Source: an uncultured Clostridia bacterium (GTDB taxonomy: Bacteria; Bacillota; Clostridia; Christensenellales; CAG-917). Taken from it: 64,000 bases of DNA. Position numbers and translations under genes: made by a program. The stretch is from the NCBI GenBank assembly GCA_944372795.1, contig CALWAF010000004.1, positions 1,165 to 65,164 on the forward strand. Direction: 5' to 3'. This document shows positions 48,758-59,906 of the stretch, piece after piece (position 1 is the stretch's first letter; each line of letters opens with the position of its first letter). A model generated the notes under the pieces. The model searched no databases and had not been told where the DNA came from. It saw only the letters and a list, made by a program, of their open reading frames with translations.

Positions 48758-50100
48758 GAGAGTTTTTGGTCGCCGAAGCGTATCCACCCCCACCTCCTCA
48801 TCACCTCCGAAATGATGAGACACAGGACGGCAGGGATGACGACGCAGCAGAGGACGATGCCGAGGGCGAGTTTCCATTGGGGAAGACCGACTTCGACGGA
48901 GGCGTCGATGGCGCCGAAGATGCCGACGAGACCGGAGGTGCCCATGCCGCCGCCGACGGCGTTGCAACGCAAGCCGAAGACGCAGGTGGAAAGGGGTCCC
49001 ACGACTACGCTGGCGAGGATGGGCGGGAGCATGATCTGCGGATGACGCATGAGATTGGGGATCTGCAACATGCTGGTGCCTATACCCTGCGCGATGAGCC
49101 CGCCCCACTTGTTTTCGCGAAAGGACTGCACGGCGAAACCGACCATATGCGCGGAGCACCCCACCATGGACGCGCCGCCCGCAAGAAGTATGGCATCGTA
49201 GGTGGCGAAGTCCACCTCGCCAGCGGCGTACGCAGTGATGACGGGGGTGGCGACGGCAAGCCAGATGGCTGCCGAAGAAGTGGGCAGGGTGAGAAGTATG
49301 CCCATGACGACGGCGATGATGATGCCCATGACGGCGGGGGTCGCCGCCGTGGCGAGAGCGACGCCCTCGCCGATGAGATCGACAAGTTTGATGAAGGGCC
49401 ACGCCGCCCACACCGCGAACAGACAGACGACGAACATCACGAGGGGGACGACGACGATGTCCACCTTGGTCTTGCCCGCGACGAGCCTGCCGAGTTCCAC
49501 CGCGATGACGGAAACGACATAGGCGCCGATGGGGTTGCCGGGAGCGGCAGGCGCCACGCCCGAGAGAACGTCGTTGACGGCAAGCGTGGTGAAATCGCCG
49601 AGGAAACCGTCCGTGACGGCATTGGCGAACGCTCCCACGAAACCCGCCACCGCTGCGGTGAACATGACGAGCTTGGGCGCCTTCAACGCATGGGCGATCC
49701 CTATGCCGATGCCCGCGCCCATGAGCATCTTGGCAAGATTCGCGACGGCGGTGACCCCGCCGCCCACGATGAGAGCGGCATCGGTGCCCGCAGACGTGAT
49801 CCACGCACCGATCTGCCCGAGGATGGTGCCCGCGATGAGGGTGCAGAACAGCCCCTGCGACATGCCCGTAAACGCGTCTATAAAATATCTGACGAAACCC
49901 TTTTTGAGAAGATAGAAAATATATTTCCACGAAAACTCGGGTTTTATCTCGTCGTTTTTATTGTTTGAAGTGTCGGTTGTGTCGGCAACGTCGGTCGCGC
50001 TTTCTTTCTCGCCGTCAACCTCGCCTGCGGGGAGCTCCCCTTGCGGAAGGCGTCTGTACTCGGTGTCGTCCGCAAGCATCTTGTCAAATTCGGCGCTCAT
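48754..50100 (-). CDS. PTS EIIC-like polytopic membrane protein (PTS_EIIC_2-type), no EIIA/EIIB partner in the window
   Basis: The product is 448 aa, with an acidic N-terminal ~55 aa followed by Gly-rich hydrophobic repeats (GMSQGLFCTLIAGTILGQIG.., GIGIGIAHAL.., GGGMGTSGLVGIFGA). The family assignment is from memory and of moderate confidence. Confidence 0.55.
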   Translation of the reverse strand: MSAEFDKMLADDTEYRRLPQGELPAGEVDGEKESATDVADTTDTSNNKNDEIKPEFSWKYIFYLLKKGFVRYFIDAFTGMSQGLFCTLIAGTILGQIGAWITSAGTDAALIVGGGVTAVANLAKMLMGAGIGIGIAHALKAPKLVMFTAAVAGFVGAFANAVTDGFLGDFTTLAVNDVLSGVAPAAPGNPIGAYVVSVIAVELGRLVAGKTKVDIVVVPLVMFVVCLFAVWAAWPFIKLVDLIGEGVALATAATPAVMGIIIAVVMGILLTLPTSSAAIWLAVATPVITAYAAGEVDFATYDAILLAGGASMVGCSAHMVGFAVQSFRENKWGGLIAQGIGTSMLQIPNLMRHPQIMLPPILASVVVGPLSTCVFGLRCNAVGGGMGTSGLVGIFGAIDASVEVGLPQWKLALGIVLCCVVIPAVLCLIISEVMRRWGWIRFGDQKLS

Positions 50101-51400
50101 CCTCTTCCTCCTTTTTCCACGCCATCCTCACCACGGTGCCCAGCACGAGAGCGGCCAGCCCCGCGGAGTCTTCGCGTCTGAAATCTCCGCCCGAAGAACC
50201 GTAGCTCTTGGCGGTGAAATAAGCACAGTCACAGCCGACGTCCGCAAGCGCTTCCGCCGCGTAGCCGTGCAGGGCGTTGAGTTTGCTTTTGAAGCCGTCG
50301 CAGGGCGGCATAAGGCAGGGCACGCCCGTGTTGTCCACGGCGTCGAAGAGCGCCTCCTGCGCGGTGTGCGAAAACTCCTTGCCGCGGAGGGCGTCTTTGC
50401 GCAGCAGCGCGACGTTGCAGCCGTCGATGTCGCCTATGACCGCGGCGACTGCGCCCTTCAGCTCGGGATGCGCCGCGGCAAACGCGCGCGAGCCCGCGTG
50501 GGCGGAATTCTCTCCCCCGAACGAAACGAAGCATACCCGCGTCCCTTCGGGCAGAAGCTCCGGAGAGCGCAGCAATTTGCGATAGACTTCCACCGACACT
50601 GCGGTGGAAATGCCGTTGTTTTCTCGGGCGTGCCTCTGGAATGGGGAGAAGTGCAGCACGAGCGCGGTTATGCCCGCCACGGCGTTGATGAAGGGTATGA
50701 CCGTGAGCGAGGTTATCTTGGACACCGTGTCCGAGCCGACGCAGAGCTTGACCAGACAAAAGAGCACGAAGAGCACCGCAGAAACGGGCACGACGGCAAA
50801 CACCACCTTGCGCACCAGCCCGAAATTGACGAAGAAGGAGCCGGGGGAAGCGTCGTGATTGGACGCGATGACGACCAGCCTGCTCCCCTGCTGTTTGCGC
50901 ACGGGGATGCTCTCGGAAAACACGTTGTAGGAGACTTTCTTGGGATAGAGGCAGCGTACGGCTTTTCTCGCACCGAGGAAGGCGGCTGCGCCCGCCAGCC
51001 CACCCAGCACGAAGATGCCGAGCGCGACGAGCACCAAAACGACGCCGTCCGCGCGGTCGCCTCCGAAGGATACGAAATAAAAGAGCGCGGCGAGGAAATA
51101 GGACACGCCGAGCAATCCGCAGCAATTCCTGCCCGCGTACGGCGGGGTGCGGAACGCTTCCATTCGCGTAGGCGCGTAGGGCGAGAGCTCGTCGCGAAGT
51201 TTCCTAGCGCAGGCGGTCTCTTCGGAAGTGGAGGTCAGCCCGTCGGCGTAGTCGGCAAGCGACTTGACGAGTTCCTCACATGCCTCGTTGACCTTCTCTT
51301 TCTCGTCCTCGCGTTCCTGTTGCACCGAAAGGTCGAGGGAGGGCTCTTCGCCGTCCGTCCTTTCCGCGCGCGCGACGATATAATCGTTGTCTTCGCTCAT
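50084..51400 (-). CDS. Membrane protein with a possible degenerate M28-peptidase-like domain (438 aa)
   Basis: It has an acidic N-terminus and several TM segments. VVIASNHDAS and FVSFGGENSAHAGSRAF resemble M28 metal-binding regions, but the EE pair is replaced by EN. Confidence 0.4.
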   Translation of the reverse strand: MSEDNDYIVARAERTDGEEPSLDLSVQQEREDEKEKVNEACEELVKSLADYADGLTSTSEETACARKLRDELSPYAPTRMEAFRTPPYAGRNCCGLLGVSYFLAALFYFVSFGGDRADGVVLVLVALGIFVLGGLAGAAAFLGARKAVRCLYPKKVSYNVFSESIPVRKQQGSRLVVIASNHDASPGSFFVNFGLVRKVVFAVVPVSAVLFVLFCLVKLCVGSDTVSKITSLTVIPFINAVAGITALVLHFSPFQRHARENNGISTAVSVEVYRKLLRSPELLPEGTRVCFVSFGGENSAHAGSRAFAAAHPELKGAVAAVIGDIDGCNVALLRKDALRGKEFSHTAQEALFDAVDNTGVPCLMPPCDGFKSKLNALHGYAAEALADVGCDCAYFTAKSYGSSGGDFRREDSAGLAALVLGTVVRMAWKKEEEDERRI

Positions 51401-51409
51401 GCTCTTCCC

Positions 51410-52135
51410 TCACAAAGTGAATCCGCCGTCCACGGTGAGCACCTGACCCGTAACGTAATCGCTTTGCAGCAAGAACGTCACCGCGGACGCGATCTCTTCG
51501 GGCTTCCCCACCCTGCCCAGCGGGATTGATGACGCGAGCTCGTCGAGCTCGGCGGGCGAATAGCACTTCATCATGTCGGTGTCCACGGCGCCCGGTGCCA
51601 CCGCGTTGACGGTGATGCCGCTGGGCGCGAGCTCCTTCGCGAGCGCGAGCGTAAGCCCCACGAGCGCCGCTTTGGACGCGGAGTAGACCGACTCGTATGC
51701 CGCCCCTTTCACTCCCCAGACGGAGGAAACATTGACTATGCTCCCCCTCTTCTTTTCGATCATATACGGCAGGAGGGCGCGCGTGACGTAAAAGGCTCCG
51801 TCGCAGTTGACGGCAAACACCCTGCGCCATTCCTCGTCCGAGGTGTCCTGCAACAGCCCGCGCAGGGAAACACCCGCACAGTTGACCAGCGCGTCGGCGC
51901 CGCCGAAACGCGCGCGCACTGCGCTCTCCGCCTCCCTCACGGACGCGGGATCGGCGACGTCGCAGAAGAACGCCTGCACACCGCCGAAGTGCGCAAGTTC
52001 GCTCTCCAGCGCCCTCGCCTCCGCCTCGGAGGAACGATAAGTGAACGCCACGTTGCAGCACGGAGCGAGCGCACGCACGATCGCCGCACCTATCCCTCTG
52101 CTGCCGCCCGTCACAAAAGCCGTCCTTATCTTCAT
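51410..52135 (-). CDS. SDR-family oxidoreductase, FabG-like (241 aa)
   Basis: The ATG is at 52135. It has the motifs TGGSRGIGAA, NCAG and YSASKAAL, and ends GQVLTVDGGFTL. Confidence 0.88.
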   Translation of the reverse strand: MKIRTAFVTGGSRGIGAAIVRALAPCCNVAFTYRSSEAEARALESELAHFGGVQAFFCDVADPASVREAESAVRARFGGADALVNCAGVSLRGLLQDTSDEEWRRVFAVNCDGAFYVTRALLPYMIEKKRGSIVNVSSVWGVKGAAYESVYSASKAALVGLTLALAKELAPSGITVNAVAPGAVDTDMMKCYSPAELDELASSIPLGRVGKPEEIASAVTFLLQSDYVTGQVLTVDGGFTL

Positions 52136-52211
52136 GTCATCCTCCCGCCTGCCGGACGCCACCCGAAAAACAAAAAAGGCGGACGCCGCCGCCTTTTCGG
52201 TGTGTCGGAAA

Positions 52212-53672
52212 TTATTCCGCGTCTTCCTCCGCCTCCGCCTTTTGTTCGGCGTCGGCATCGGTCATCTTGCCTATCATCTTGCTCTCGGCGTCCGCAGAGG
52301 ACAAGTCGAGATAATAGACGTAGCTGTAATCATCGGTGTTGAACCACACGAAACGGCTGCCCGCAAATTCGAGGTCGAGATAGTCGCTCTTGACGCCGGA
52401 GGCGACCACGGTCTTGACGTTGACGCTGTCCCCCTCCTCGCCGAGATTGATGCGATAGAGCGCGGTGCCGTCGGAGTCGGTGTAGTAGACATAGCCGTCG
52501 ACGACCGCACGCACGGTGACGGACTCGCCCGCATCTATGATGAGGTTGGCGTCCGTGTAACCCACGCTGTCGGCGGTGACGAGATATATCTTGCTGTTCA
52601 CCGTGGCGAGGATGCCCTCATCCCCTCCGAGAGGATAGAAGGAAGTGGGCGCAGACGCGGCGAGTTTGAGCTCTTTTTCGACGGAATAGTCGGTTGTGAG
52701 GTCAAAAGTGTTCATATAAAGTCCCGTTGACGTCGAAGTGCCGCCCTCGTAAACGGACTTGGTGTAGTAGAGCGTCACCGCACTGTCTGACACGTAGGCA
52801 AGGTCGGAGAGAGAATAGGTGAACACCTTCTCATAGTTCTCCGCGCCGTCTTCCTCGCCGAGGAATGAGTCGTAGGTGGCGAGAGTGCGGCGGTCGGTGC
52901 CATCGTATTTCACCGCGCAGAGGTTGTTGTAATGACGATAGCTGTCGTCACCCGTGGGGGTCTCGGTGTAGAAGATGTAGTCGGACACGACCGCACCCGC
53001 CGCGGGATCCCATTCCGCGTCATAGCCCCAGACGACGCTGGTGGCGTTCTCGATGAGCACGCCCTGCGTCGCGCCCTTGCCATCGTCCACGCTCTTGTCG
53101 CCGCTCATGCCGGAGAAGTCGAAGTAACGCACGGTGGAAGAGTCGGACTTGTAGAGGATGCGGGTGGGCGTGAAGAGATACTCGCTGCTTCTGCTCGCCA
53201 CGGTGCCGATGCGCTGCGTGACCGCGCCGTCGGTGCGGGTGCGCATGAAGTCGGTGTGCGTGGTGGACGCGGTGCCGGAGGTATCCTTGGAGGTGTTGGG
53301 CGTGGCGTAATAGATCCAATCGCCGTACACCGCGAAGCCGCCGCCCGCGTATCCGTTGTAGACGGAGAGAGGCACGACGACGGTCGCCGTATCGTTGTTG
53401 ACGGAGCCGTCCTCGTTCTTCTCGGCGCGCATTATACTCTGCTTGAGAGAGGCGCCCCACTCGTTGCTGTCCACGCTGCCGACATAGCCGTTGATGAAGT
53501 AGACATAGTCGCCCTGCTCGACGTAATAGCCGCCGTTGGACACGACTTTCGCGGAGGAGTCGCCCATGCCGATGCTGTTCCATTCATAGACGTTGCACGC
53601 GGCGAGCAGCGTTGCCGCCACTGCGAGGGTCGCTATGACAGCGACGATTGCGATGACTTTCTTTCTTTTCAT
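52212..53672 (-). CDS. Lipoprotein with a DUF5050-like beta-propeller repeat region (486 aa)
   Basis: The start is ATG with an AGGAGA RBS. The product begins MKRKKVIAIVAVIATLAVAATLLAAC (lipobox). It has recurring ..YYxxxxG.LYR../..DYVYFING.. motifs and an acidic tail. Confidence 0.65.
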   Translation of the reverse strand: MKRKKVIAIVAVIATLAVAATLLAACNVYEWNSIGMGDSSAKVVSNGGYYVEQGDYVYFINGYVGSVDSNEWGASLKQSIMRAEKNEDGSVNNDTATVVVPLSVYNGYAGGGFAVYGDWIYYATPNTSKDTSGTASTTHTDFMRTRTDGAVTQRIGTVASRSSEYLFTPTRILYKSDSSTVRYFDFSGMSGDKSVDDGKGATQGVLIENATSVVWGYDAEWDPAAGAVVSDYIFYTETPTGDDSYRHYNNLCAVKYDGTDRRTLATYDSFLGEEDGAENYEKVFTYSLSDLAYVSDSAVTLYYTKSVYEGGTSTSTGLYMNTFDLTTDYSVEKELKLAASAPTSFYPLGGDEGILATVNSKIYLVTADSVGYTDANLIIDAGESVTVRAVVDGYVYYTDSDGTALYRINLGEEGDSVNVKTVVASGVKSDYLDLEFAGSRFVWFNTDDYSYVYYLDLSSADAESKMIGKMTDADAEQKAEAEEDAE

Positions 53673-53783
53673 AAAATTCTCCTGAGAGATCTTCTTGTCT
53701 TTTTTGTCCGCGGGAAGCCGCGGGGATAATTATAGCCGATGGCGCGGGATTTTACAACCCGATGCGCACACGCGGCAGGGTTT

Positions 53784-55535
53784 TCACTTGGCGGGAGCCT
53801 CGTCGAGGTCGAGCTTGATGTGCACGTCCTTGAGCTGTTTCTCGGTCACTTCGGAGGGCGCGCCCATGAGGATGTCTCTCGCATTGCGATCCATCGGGAA
53901 GGTGATGATCTCGCGGATGTTGGGCTCTTCGGCGAGCAGCATGACTATCCTGTCCACGCCGGGAGCGATGCCCGCGTGCGGAGGAGCGCCGAACTTGAAG
54001 GCGTTGTAGAGCGCGGAGAACTTCTTCTCGATGACGTCCTTGCCGTAGCCCACGATCTCGAAGGCGCGCTCCATGATGGCGGGCTCGTGATTGCGGACGG
54101 CGCCGGAGCTCAACTCCACGCCGTTGACGACGCTGTCGTACTGATAGGCGAGGATGTCGGTGGGCTCCATGGTATTGAGCGCCTCGAGCCCTCCCTGCGG
54201 CATACTGAAGGGATTGTGGCAGAAGGTGAGGTTGCCCTCGTCGTCGTACTCGTACATCGGGAAGTCCACGATCCAGCAGAATCTGAACGCATCCTTTTCG
54301 ATGAGGTCGAGCCCGACGCCGAGCTCGGTGCGGAGGAAGCCCGCCTGCTTTTCGGCGTCCTTTTCCTCGGCGACGAGCGCGACGAAAGCGCCGTTTTCGA
54401 GGGCGAGCCTTTCTGCGAGCGCGTCCTTGCACTCCGCCGCGAATTTGGCGATGCCGCCCGCGAGCGCTCCGTTCTCGTCCAGCTTGAACCAATACATGTT
54501 CTCGGCGCCGTTGAGTTTGCACTTCTCGACCAGCGCGTCTATGAACTTCCTGCCGGGGGCGTGACCGTTCACCGCGACGGCTTTGATCGTCTTGCCCTCG
54601 GTGAAGAAGGGAGCTTTGCCCGTGAGGATGTCGGTGACATCCCTGATGATGAGGGGGTTGCGAAGGTCGGGCTTATCGGTGCCGTAATCGCGCATTGCGT
54701 CGCGGTAGCTTATCCTGCGGTAAGGTCCCTTGTCCACCTTCTTACCCTTGCCAAACTCCGTGAACACGCCCGTCAGCACCTCTTCCATGACGGCAAAGAC
54801 GTCGTCTTGAGTTGCGAAGCACATCTCGGTGTCCAGCTGATAGAACTCGCCGGGACTGCGGTCCGCCCTAGCGTCCTCGTCGCGGAAGCAGGGCGCGATC
54901 TGGAAATATCTGTCGAAGCCCGACGCCATGAGCAGCTGTTTATACTGCTGTGGCGCCTGCGGCAGCGCGTAGAATTTGCCGGGATGCAGACGGCTGGGCA
55001 CGATGAAGTCCCTCGCGCCCTCGGGCGACGAGCTGGTGAGGATGGGGGTGGTGATCTCAAGGAAGCCCATGTCCGTCATCTTGCGTCTGAGCCAGCTGAC
55101 CACCTTTGCGCGGAAGACGATCTTGTCCTTCACCTCGGGATTGCGCAGGTCTAGGAAACGATAGCGGAGCCTTGTATCCTCCCTCGATTGAGTGCTGGTC
55201 GCCACCTCGAAGGGGAGCTGCTCATAGCATCTGCCCAGCACCTCCACCTTTTCGGGCTCTATCTCTATCATGCCGGTGGGCATATCGGGGTTGGGAGAGC
55301 TGCGGAGGATGACCTTGCCCTCGACGGACACGGTGGATTCCCGCGGTATCGAGCGCACCAACTCCTTCATCTCTTCGGTGGTCGCCACCGCCTGCGTGCT
55401 GCCGTAAAAGTCGCGCAGCACGAAAAAGATGACCGCGCCGAGGTCGCGCGTGCCGGACAGCCATCCGGCAAGTTTGACGTGTTGACCCACGTTGCTCTCA
55501 TTAAGTTCCCCGCAAGTATGCGTCCTGAATTCCAT
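53784..55535 (-). CDS. aspS: Aspartate--tRNA ligase
   Basis: The ATG is at 55535, giving 583 aa beginning MEFRTHTCGELNESNVGQHVKLAGW. It has the class II motifs FYQLDTEM and GIAPGVDRIVML. Confidence 0.95.
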   Translation of the reverse strand: MEFRTHTCGELNESNVGQHVKLAGWLSGTRDLGAVIFFVLRDFYGSTQAVATTEEMKELVRSIPRESTVSVEGKVILRSSPNPDMPTGMIEIEPEKVEVLGRCYEQLPFEVATSTQSREDTRLRYRFLDLRNPEVKDKIVFRAKVVSWLRRKMTDMGFLEITTPILTSSSPEGARDFIVPSRLHPGKFYALPQAPQQYKQLLMASGFDRYFQIAPCFRDEDARADRSPGEFYQLDTEMCFATQDDVFAVMEEVLTGVFTEFGKGKKVDKGPYRRISYRDAMRDYGTDKPDLRNPLIIRDVTDILTGKAPFFTEGKTIKAVAVNGHAPGRKFIDALVEKCKLNGAENMYWFKLDENGALAGGIAKFAAECKDALAERLALENGAFVALVAEEKDAEKQAGFLRTELGVGLDLIEKDAFRFCWIVDFPMYEYDDEGNLTFCHNPFSMPQGGLEALNTMEPTDILAYQYDSVVNGVELSSGAVRNHEPAIMERAFEIVGYGKDVIEKKFSALYNAFKFGAPPHAGIAPGVDRIVMLLAEEPNIREIITFPMDRNARDILMGAPSEVTEKQLKDVHIKLDLDEAPAK

Positions 55536-55543
55536 ATCTTCTC

Positions 55544-56554
55544 CTACAGCAGGTGTATGCCCGCCTCTTCGCATTTTTCTCTCATCTCGTCGGGCCACAG
55601 ACTCGCCTGCACCTCGCCGATGTGCGCCTTTTGGAGCAGCAGCATACAAAGCCTCGACTGCCCTATCCCGCCGCCGACGGTGAGGGGGAGCTCGCCGGAC
55701 ATGATCTCCTTGTGATAGTCAAAGCCCAGCCTCTCTTCCGCTCCCGCGAGCTTGAGCTGCGCCGCGAGCGCGTCCGCGTCCACGCGGATGCCCATGGAGG
55801 ATATCTCCAAACTCTCGCCCAAGATCTCGTCATAAAAGAGGATGTCACCGTTGAGGGTCCAATCGTCGTAGTCGGGAGCCCTGCCGTCGTGAGGTTTGCC
55901 GTCCGAAAGTTTTCCGCCTATCCCCGCGAGGAAGACCGTGCCGTACTCCTTCGCCGCCGCCGTCTCTCTGCCGTGCGCGTCGAGGTCGGGATAGCGGTCA
56001 AGGAGCTCCTGCGCCGTGACGAACGTCACCTCGCGCTTGAGGGAAAGGTCTATGACGGGGAACTGCTTCTTGGTCTCCTCGAGAGTGTCTACGATGGCGC
56101 CCACGATGCGGGACACGACCATGCGCAGGAACTCGGGAGTGCGCTGCTCCTTGGAGATGACCATCTCCCAATCCCACTGATCCACGTAGATGGAGTGCAC
56201 GTTGTCGCACTTGTCGTCGCGGCGGATGGCGTTCATGTCCGTATACAGCCCTTCTCCGCTCTTGAAGCCGTAGCGTTTGAGCGCCATGCGCTTCCACTTC
56301 GCGAGAGAGTGCACGATCTCCGCCGCCCTGCCGTCCTGCTCGAGGATGTCGAAAGCGACGGCGCGCTCCACTCCGTTGAGGTCGTCGTTGACGCCCGTGC
56401 GCGACGCCACGAAGAGGGGTGCTGACACGCGCTCGAAGCCGAAGTTCTTCACAAAATTACGCTGGAAAGCGTCCTTCACGAACTTGATGGCTTTCTCCGT
56501 CTCGCGGATGGTCATGCGCGGCTTGTATCCTTCGGGTATGAAAAGTTTGTACAT
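55544..56554 (-). CDS. asnA: Aspartate--ammonia ligase (asparagine synthetase A)
   Basis: The product is 336 aa. It has IRETEKAIKFVKDAFQ, ERVSAPLFV, the class-II-aaRS-like core, and GGGIGQSRLCMLLL near the C-terminus. Confidence 0.93.
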   Translation of the reverse strand: MYKLFIPEGYKPRMTIRETEKAIKFVKDAFQRNFVKNFGFERVSAPLFVASRTGVNDDLNGVERAVAFDILEQDGRAAEIVHSLAKWKRMALKRYGFKSGEGLYTDMNAIRRDDKCDNVHSIYVDQWDWEMVISKEQRTPEFLRMVVSRIVGAIVDTLEETKKQFPVIDLSLKREVTFVTAQELLDRYPDLDAHGRETAAAKEYGTVFLAGIGGKLSDGKPHDGRAPDYDDWTLNGDILFYDEILGESLEISSMGIRVDADALAAQLKLAGAEERLGFDYHKEIMSGELPLTVGGGIGQSRLCMLLLQKAHIGEVQASLWPDEMREKCEEAGIHLL

Positions 56555-56564
56555 TCCTATCTCC

Positions 56565-57959
<1,395 letters not shown>

Positions 57960-58058
57960 CTTTTCCTTCCCGCACGGTCACGCGCCCGTGCGCTATATAT
58001 AAACTCTTATGAGTTACCATTATAACGAGATTTTTCCCTTTTGTAAAGCGTTTTCCGA

Positions 58059-58088
58059 TTGACTATTCTCCCCCGCTCGGGATATACT
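58059..58088 (+). promoter_or_regulatory. Candidate trxB promoter
   Basis: TTGACT (58059-58064), an 18-nt spacer, then TATACT (58083-58088). Confidence 0.4.
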
Positions 58089-58122
58089 GAAAGCGGTCTA
58101 TTTCCCCTTGAAGAGGTTTGAT

Positions 58123-59025
58123 ATGCACGATCTCATCATTCTGGGCGCGGGTCCTGCGGGACTCACTGCGGGCATCTACGCCGCGCGCGGCGGGCTTGAC
58201 GCCGTCATCATCGAGCCAAAAGCCGTCGGAGGACAGGCGGCGCTCACCGCCGAAATCGAGAACTACCCCGGCTTTGCGAACGTCAACGGCTTCGAGCTCG
58301 TCTCTGCCATGCAATCGCAGTGCGAGGCGCTGGGAGTCACCTTCGTCTACGACGCTCCCACGAAGCTCTCCCTCTCCGGCGACGTCAAACGCGTGACCAC
58401 GGCGTACTCCGGCGTCCTCGAAGCAAAAGCCGTCATCCTCGCCACAGGCGCCCTCCCCCGCACGCTGGGGCTCCCCCGCGAGAGCGAACTGATGGGCGCG
58501 GGCGTGTCCTACTGCGCCACCTGCGACGGAGCATTCTTCCGCGGCAGACCCGTCGCCGTCGTGGGCGGGGGCAACACCGCCGTGGAAGACGCGCTTTATC
58601 TTGAAAGATTCGCCTCCGAGGTGCACCTCATCCACCGCCGCGACGCGCTGCGCGCCGACGCCATCCTTGCCGAACGCGTGAAAGCGAGCGGCGTGCACAT
58701 CGTGTGGGACTCCGTGGTGACCGAGCTCGTCGGCTCCCCCAAACTTTCCTCCGTCACCCTGAAGAACGTCAAGACGGGCGAACTCTCCTCCCTTGCCGTG
58801 AACGGGCTCTTCGTCGCTGTGGGTCAGAAGCCCGCCACCGAAGGCATCGAAGGTGTGGAACTCGACGGCGGCTACATCGTCACCGACGAGGAAATGCGCA
58901 CCGCGATACCCGGCGTATTCGCTGCGGGCGACGTCCGCAAAAAGACGCTGCGCCAGATCGTCACCGCAACGGCGGACGGCGCCGTCGCCGCCGAGAGCGC
59001 GATCAAATATCTGGGCTCCGTCTGA
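58123..59025 (+). CDS. trxB: Thioredoxin-disulfide reductase
   Basis: The ATG at 58123 follows AAGAGG. It has GAGPAGLTA (FAD), the redox-active CATCDG, and GGGNTAVEDA (NADPH). Confidence 0.95.
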   Translation: MHDLIILGAGPAGLTAGIYAARGGLDAVIIEPKAVGGQAALTAEIENYPGFANVNGFELVSAMQSQCEALGVTFVYDAPTKLSLSGDVKRVTTAYSGVLEAKAVILATGALPRTLGLPRESELMGAGVSYCATCDGAFFRGRPVAVVGGGNTAVEDALYLERFASEVHLIHRRDALRADAILAERVKASGVHIVWDSVVTELVGSPKLSSVTLKNVKTGELSSLAVNGLFVAVGQKPATEGIEGVELDGGYIVTDEEMRTAIPGVFAAGDVRKKTLRQIVTATADGAVAAESAIKYLGSV

Positions 59026-59040
59026 ACACTCCTGACGCAA

Positions 59041-59070
59041 AACGGGCTCCCTCTCGGGAGCTCGTTTTTT
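59041..59070. terminator. Bidirectional intrinsic terminator between trxB and the yhhN-family gene
   Basis: ACGGGCTCCC-tctc-GGGAGCTCGT is flanked by AAAA upstream and TTTTTT downstream. Confidence 0.75.
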
Positions 59071-59164
59071 GTTCTCACCCATTGCGGCTTATTGCGTTAA
59101 ACGACAAAAACGTGTGTTTATATGCGCATTTTGTGTGTTTCAACATCTTATTGCGCGATTTGTT

Positions 59165-59887
59165 TCACATGAAGAAGACGTAGGACGCTATGCATATCTG
59201 CGCCGCGTAGTACAGCGTGTGATTGACGGTGCACAGCACTTTGTCGCGCGGTTTGCCGCCGAAGTACATCTGCGTGAGCACGAGGTCGGAGAGCAGGAAA
59301 AGCACCATGCCCACGGCGAACAGCACGAGTTTCGTGCTGCGCATCGAGATGCACAGCCCTATGGAAAAGGCGCTCATGAAGATGAGGATGAAGGCGTAAA
59401 GCAGGGAGTGCACCGTGAATTTGCCGAAGTTCAATTTGAGCAGTTTGCCGCCGAGCAGCACCGTGCCGCACGCCATCACCGCCGCGATCGCCACGGACAC
59501 GCCGATGACTCTGTCGTTTGCGAACTCTCCCGCAAAAAGACACAGCGCCGTAAGGAACATCACGTGCCCTATGCCGAACGACGCCATCCCGCCCGTGAGG
59601 TACACCCCTTCCTCCGGCTTTTCGAGATAGACCACTTTAAGATCCAGCACCATATCGCCGATGAGCCCGAACACCAGTCCGAACAGTACGAAGAGCGCTG
59701 CGCGCGACGCTCCCTCGTAAAGCCCCGCGACCGCGATGGAAATGAACCCGAGGCTCGCCGCCGTTTTGGCGAACATCGCGACGACGCCTCCCCTCTCGCT
59801 CTTGGTCGCCACCGTCAGGCGCAACGCCATGAACACTACAAACAGCACGCACGCGACCGTGACGGTCGCAATAAATCCGGCACTCAT
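59165..59887 (-). CDS. YhhN-family (lysoplasmalogenase-like) membrane protein
   Basis: A 240-aa protein with about 8 hydrophobic segments, ..GLIGDMVLD.. and ..FLLSDLVL.. motifs, and a GGAGG RBS. Confidence 0.7.
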   Translation of the reverse strand: MSAGFIATVTVACVLFVVFMALRLTVATKSERGGVVAMFAKTAASLGFISIAVAGLYEGASRAALFVLFGLVFGLIGDMVLDLKVVYLEKPEEGVYLTGGMASFGIGHVMFLTALCLFAGEFANDRVIGVSVAIAAVMACGTVLLGGKLLKLNFGKFTVHSLLYAFILIFMSAFSIGLCISMRSTKLVLFAVGMVLFLLSDLVLTQMYFGGKPRDKVLCTVNHTLYYAAQICIASYVFFM

Positions 59888-59906
59888 ACATTCCTCCTTT
59901 TTTTAA

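Noticed and set aside
57960-58122. A possible T-box leader upstream of asnS.
   Set aside because: The intergenic space is only ~160 nt, is shared with the divergent trxB promoter, and has no recognisable specifier hairpin, T-box sequence or terminator/antiterminator pair.
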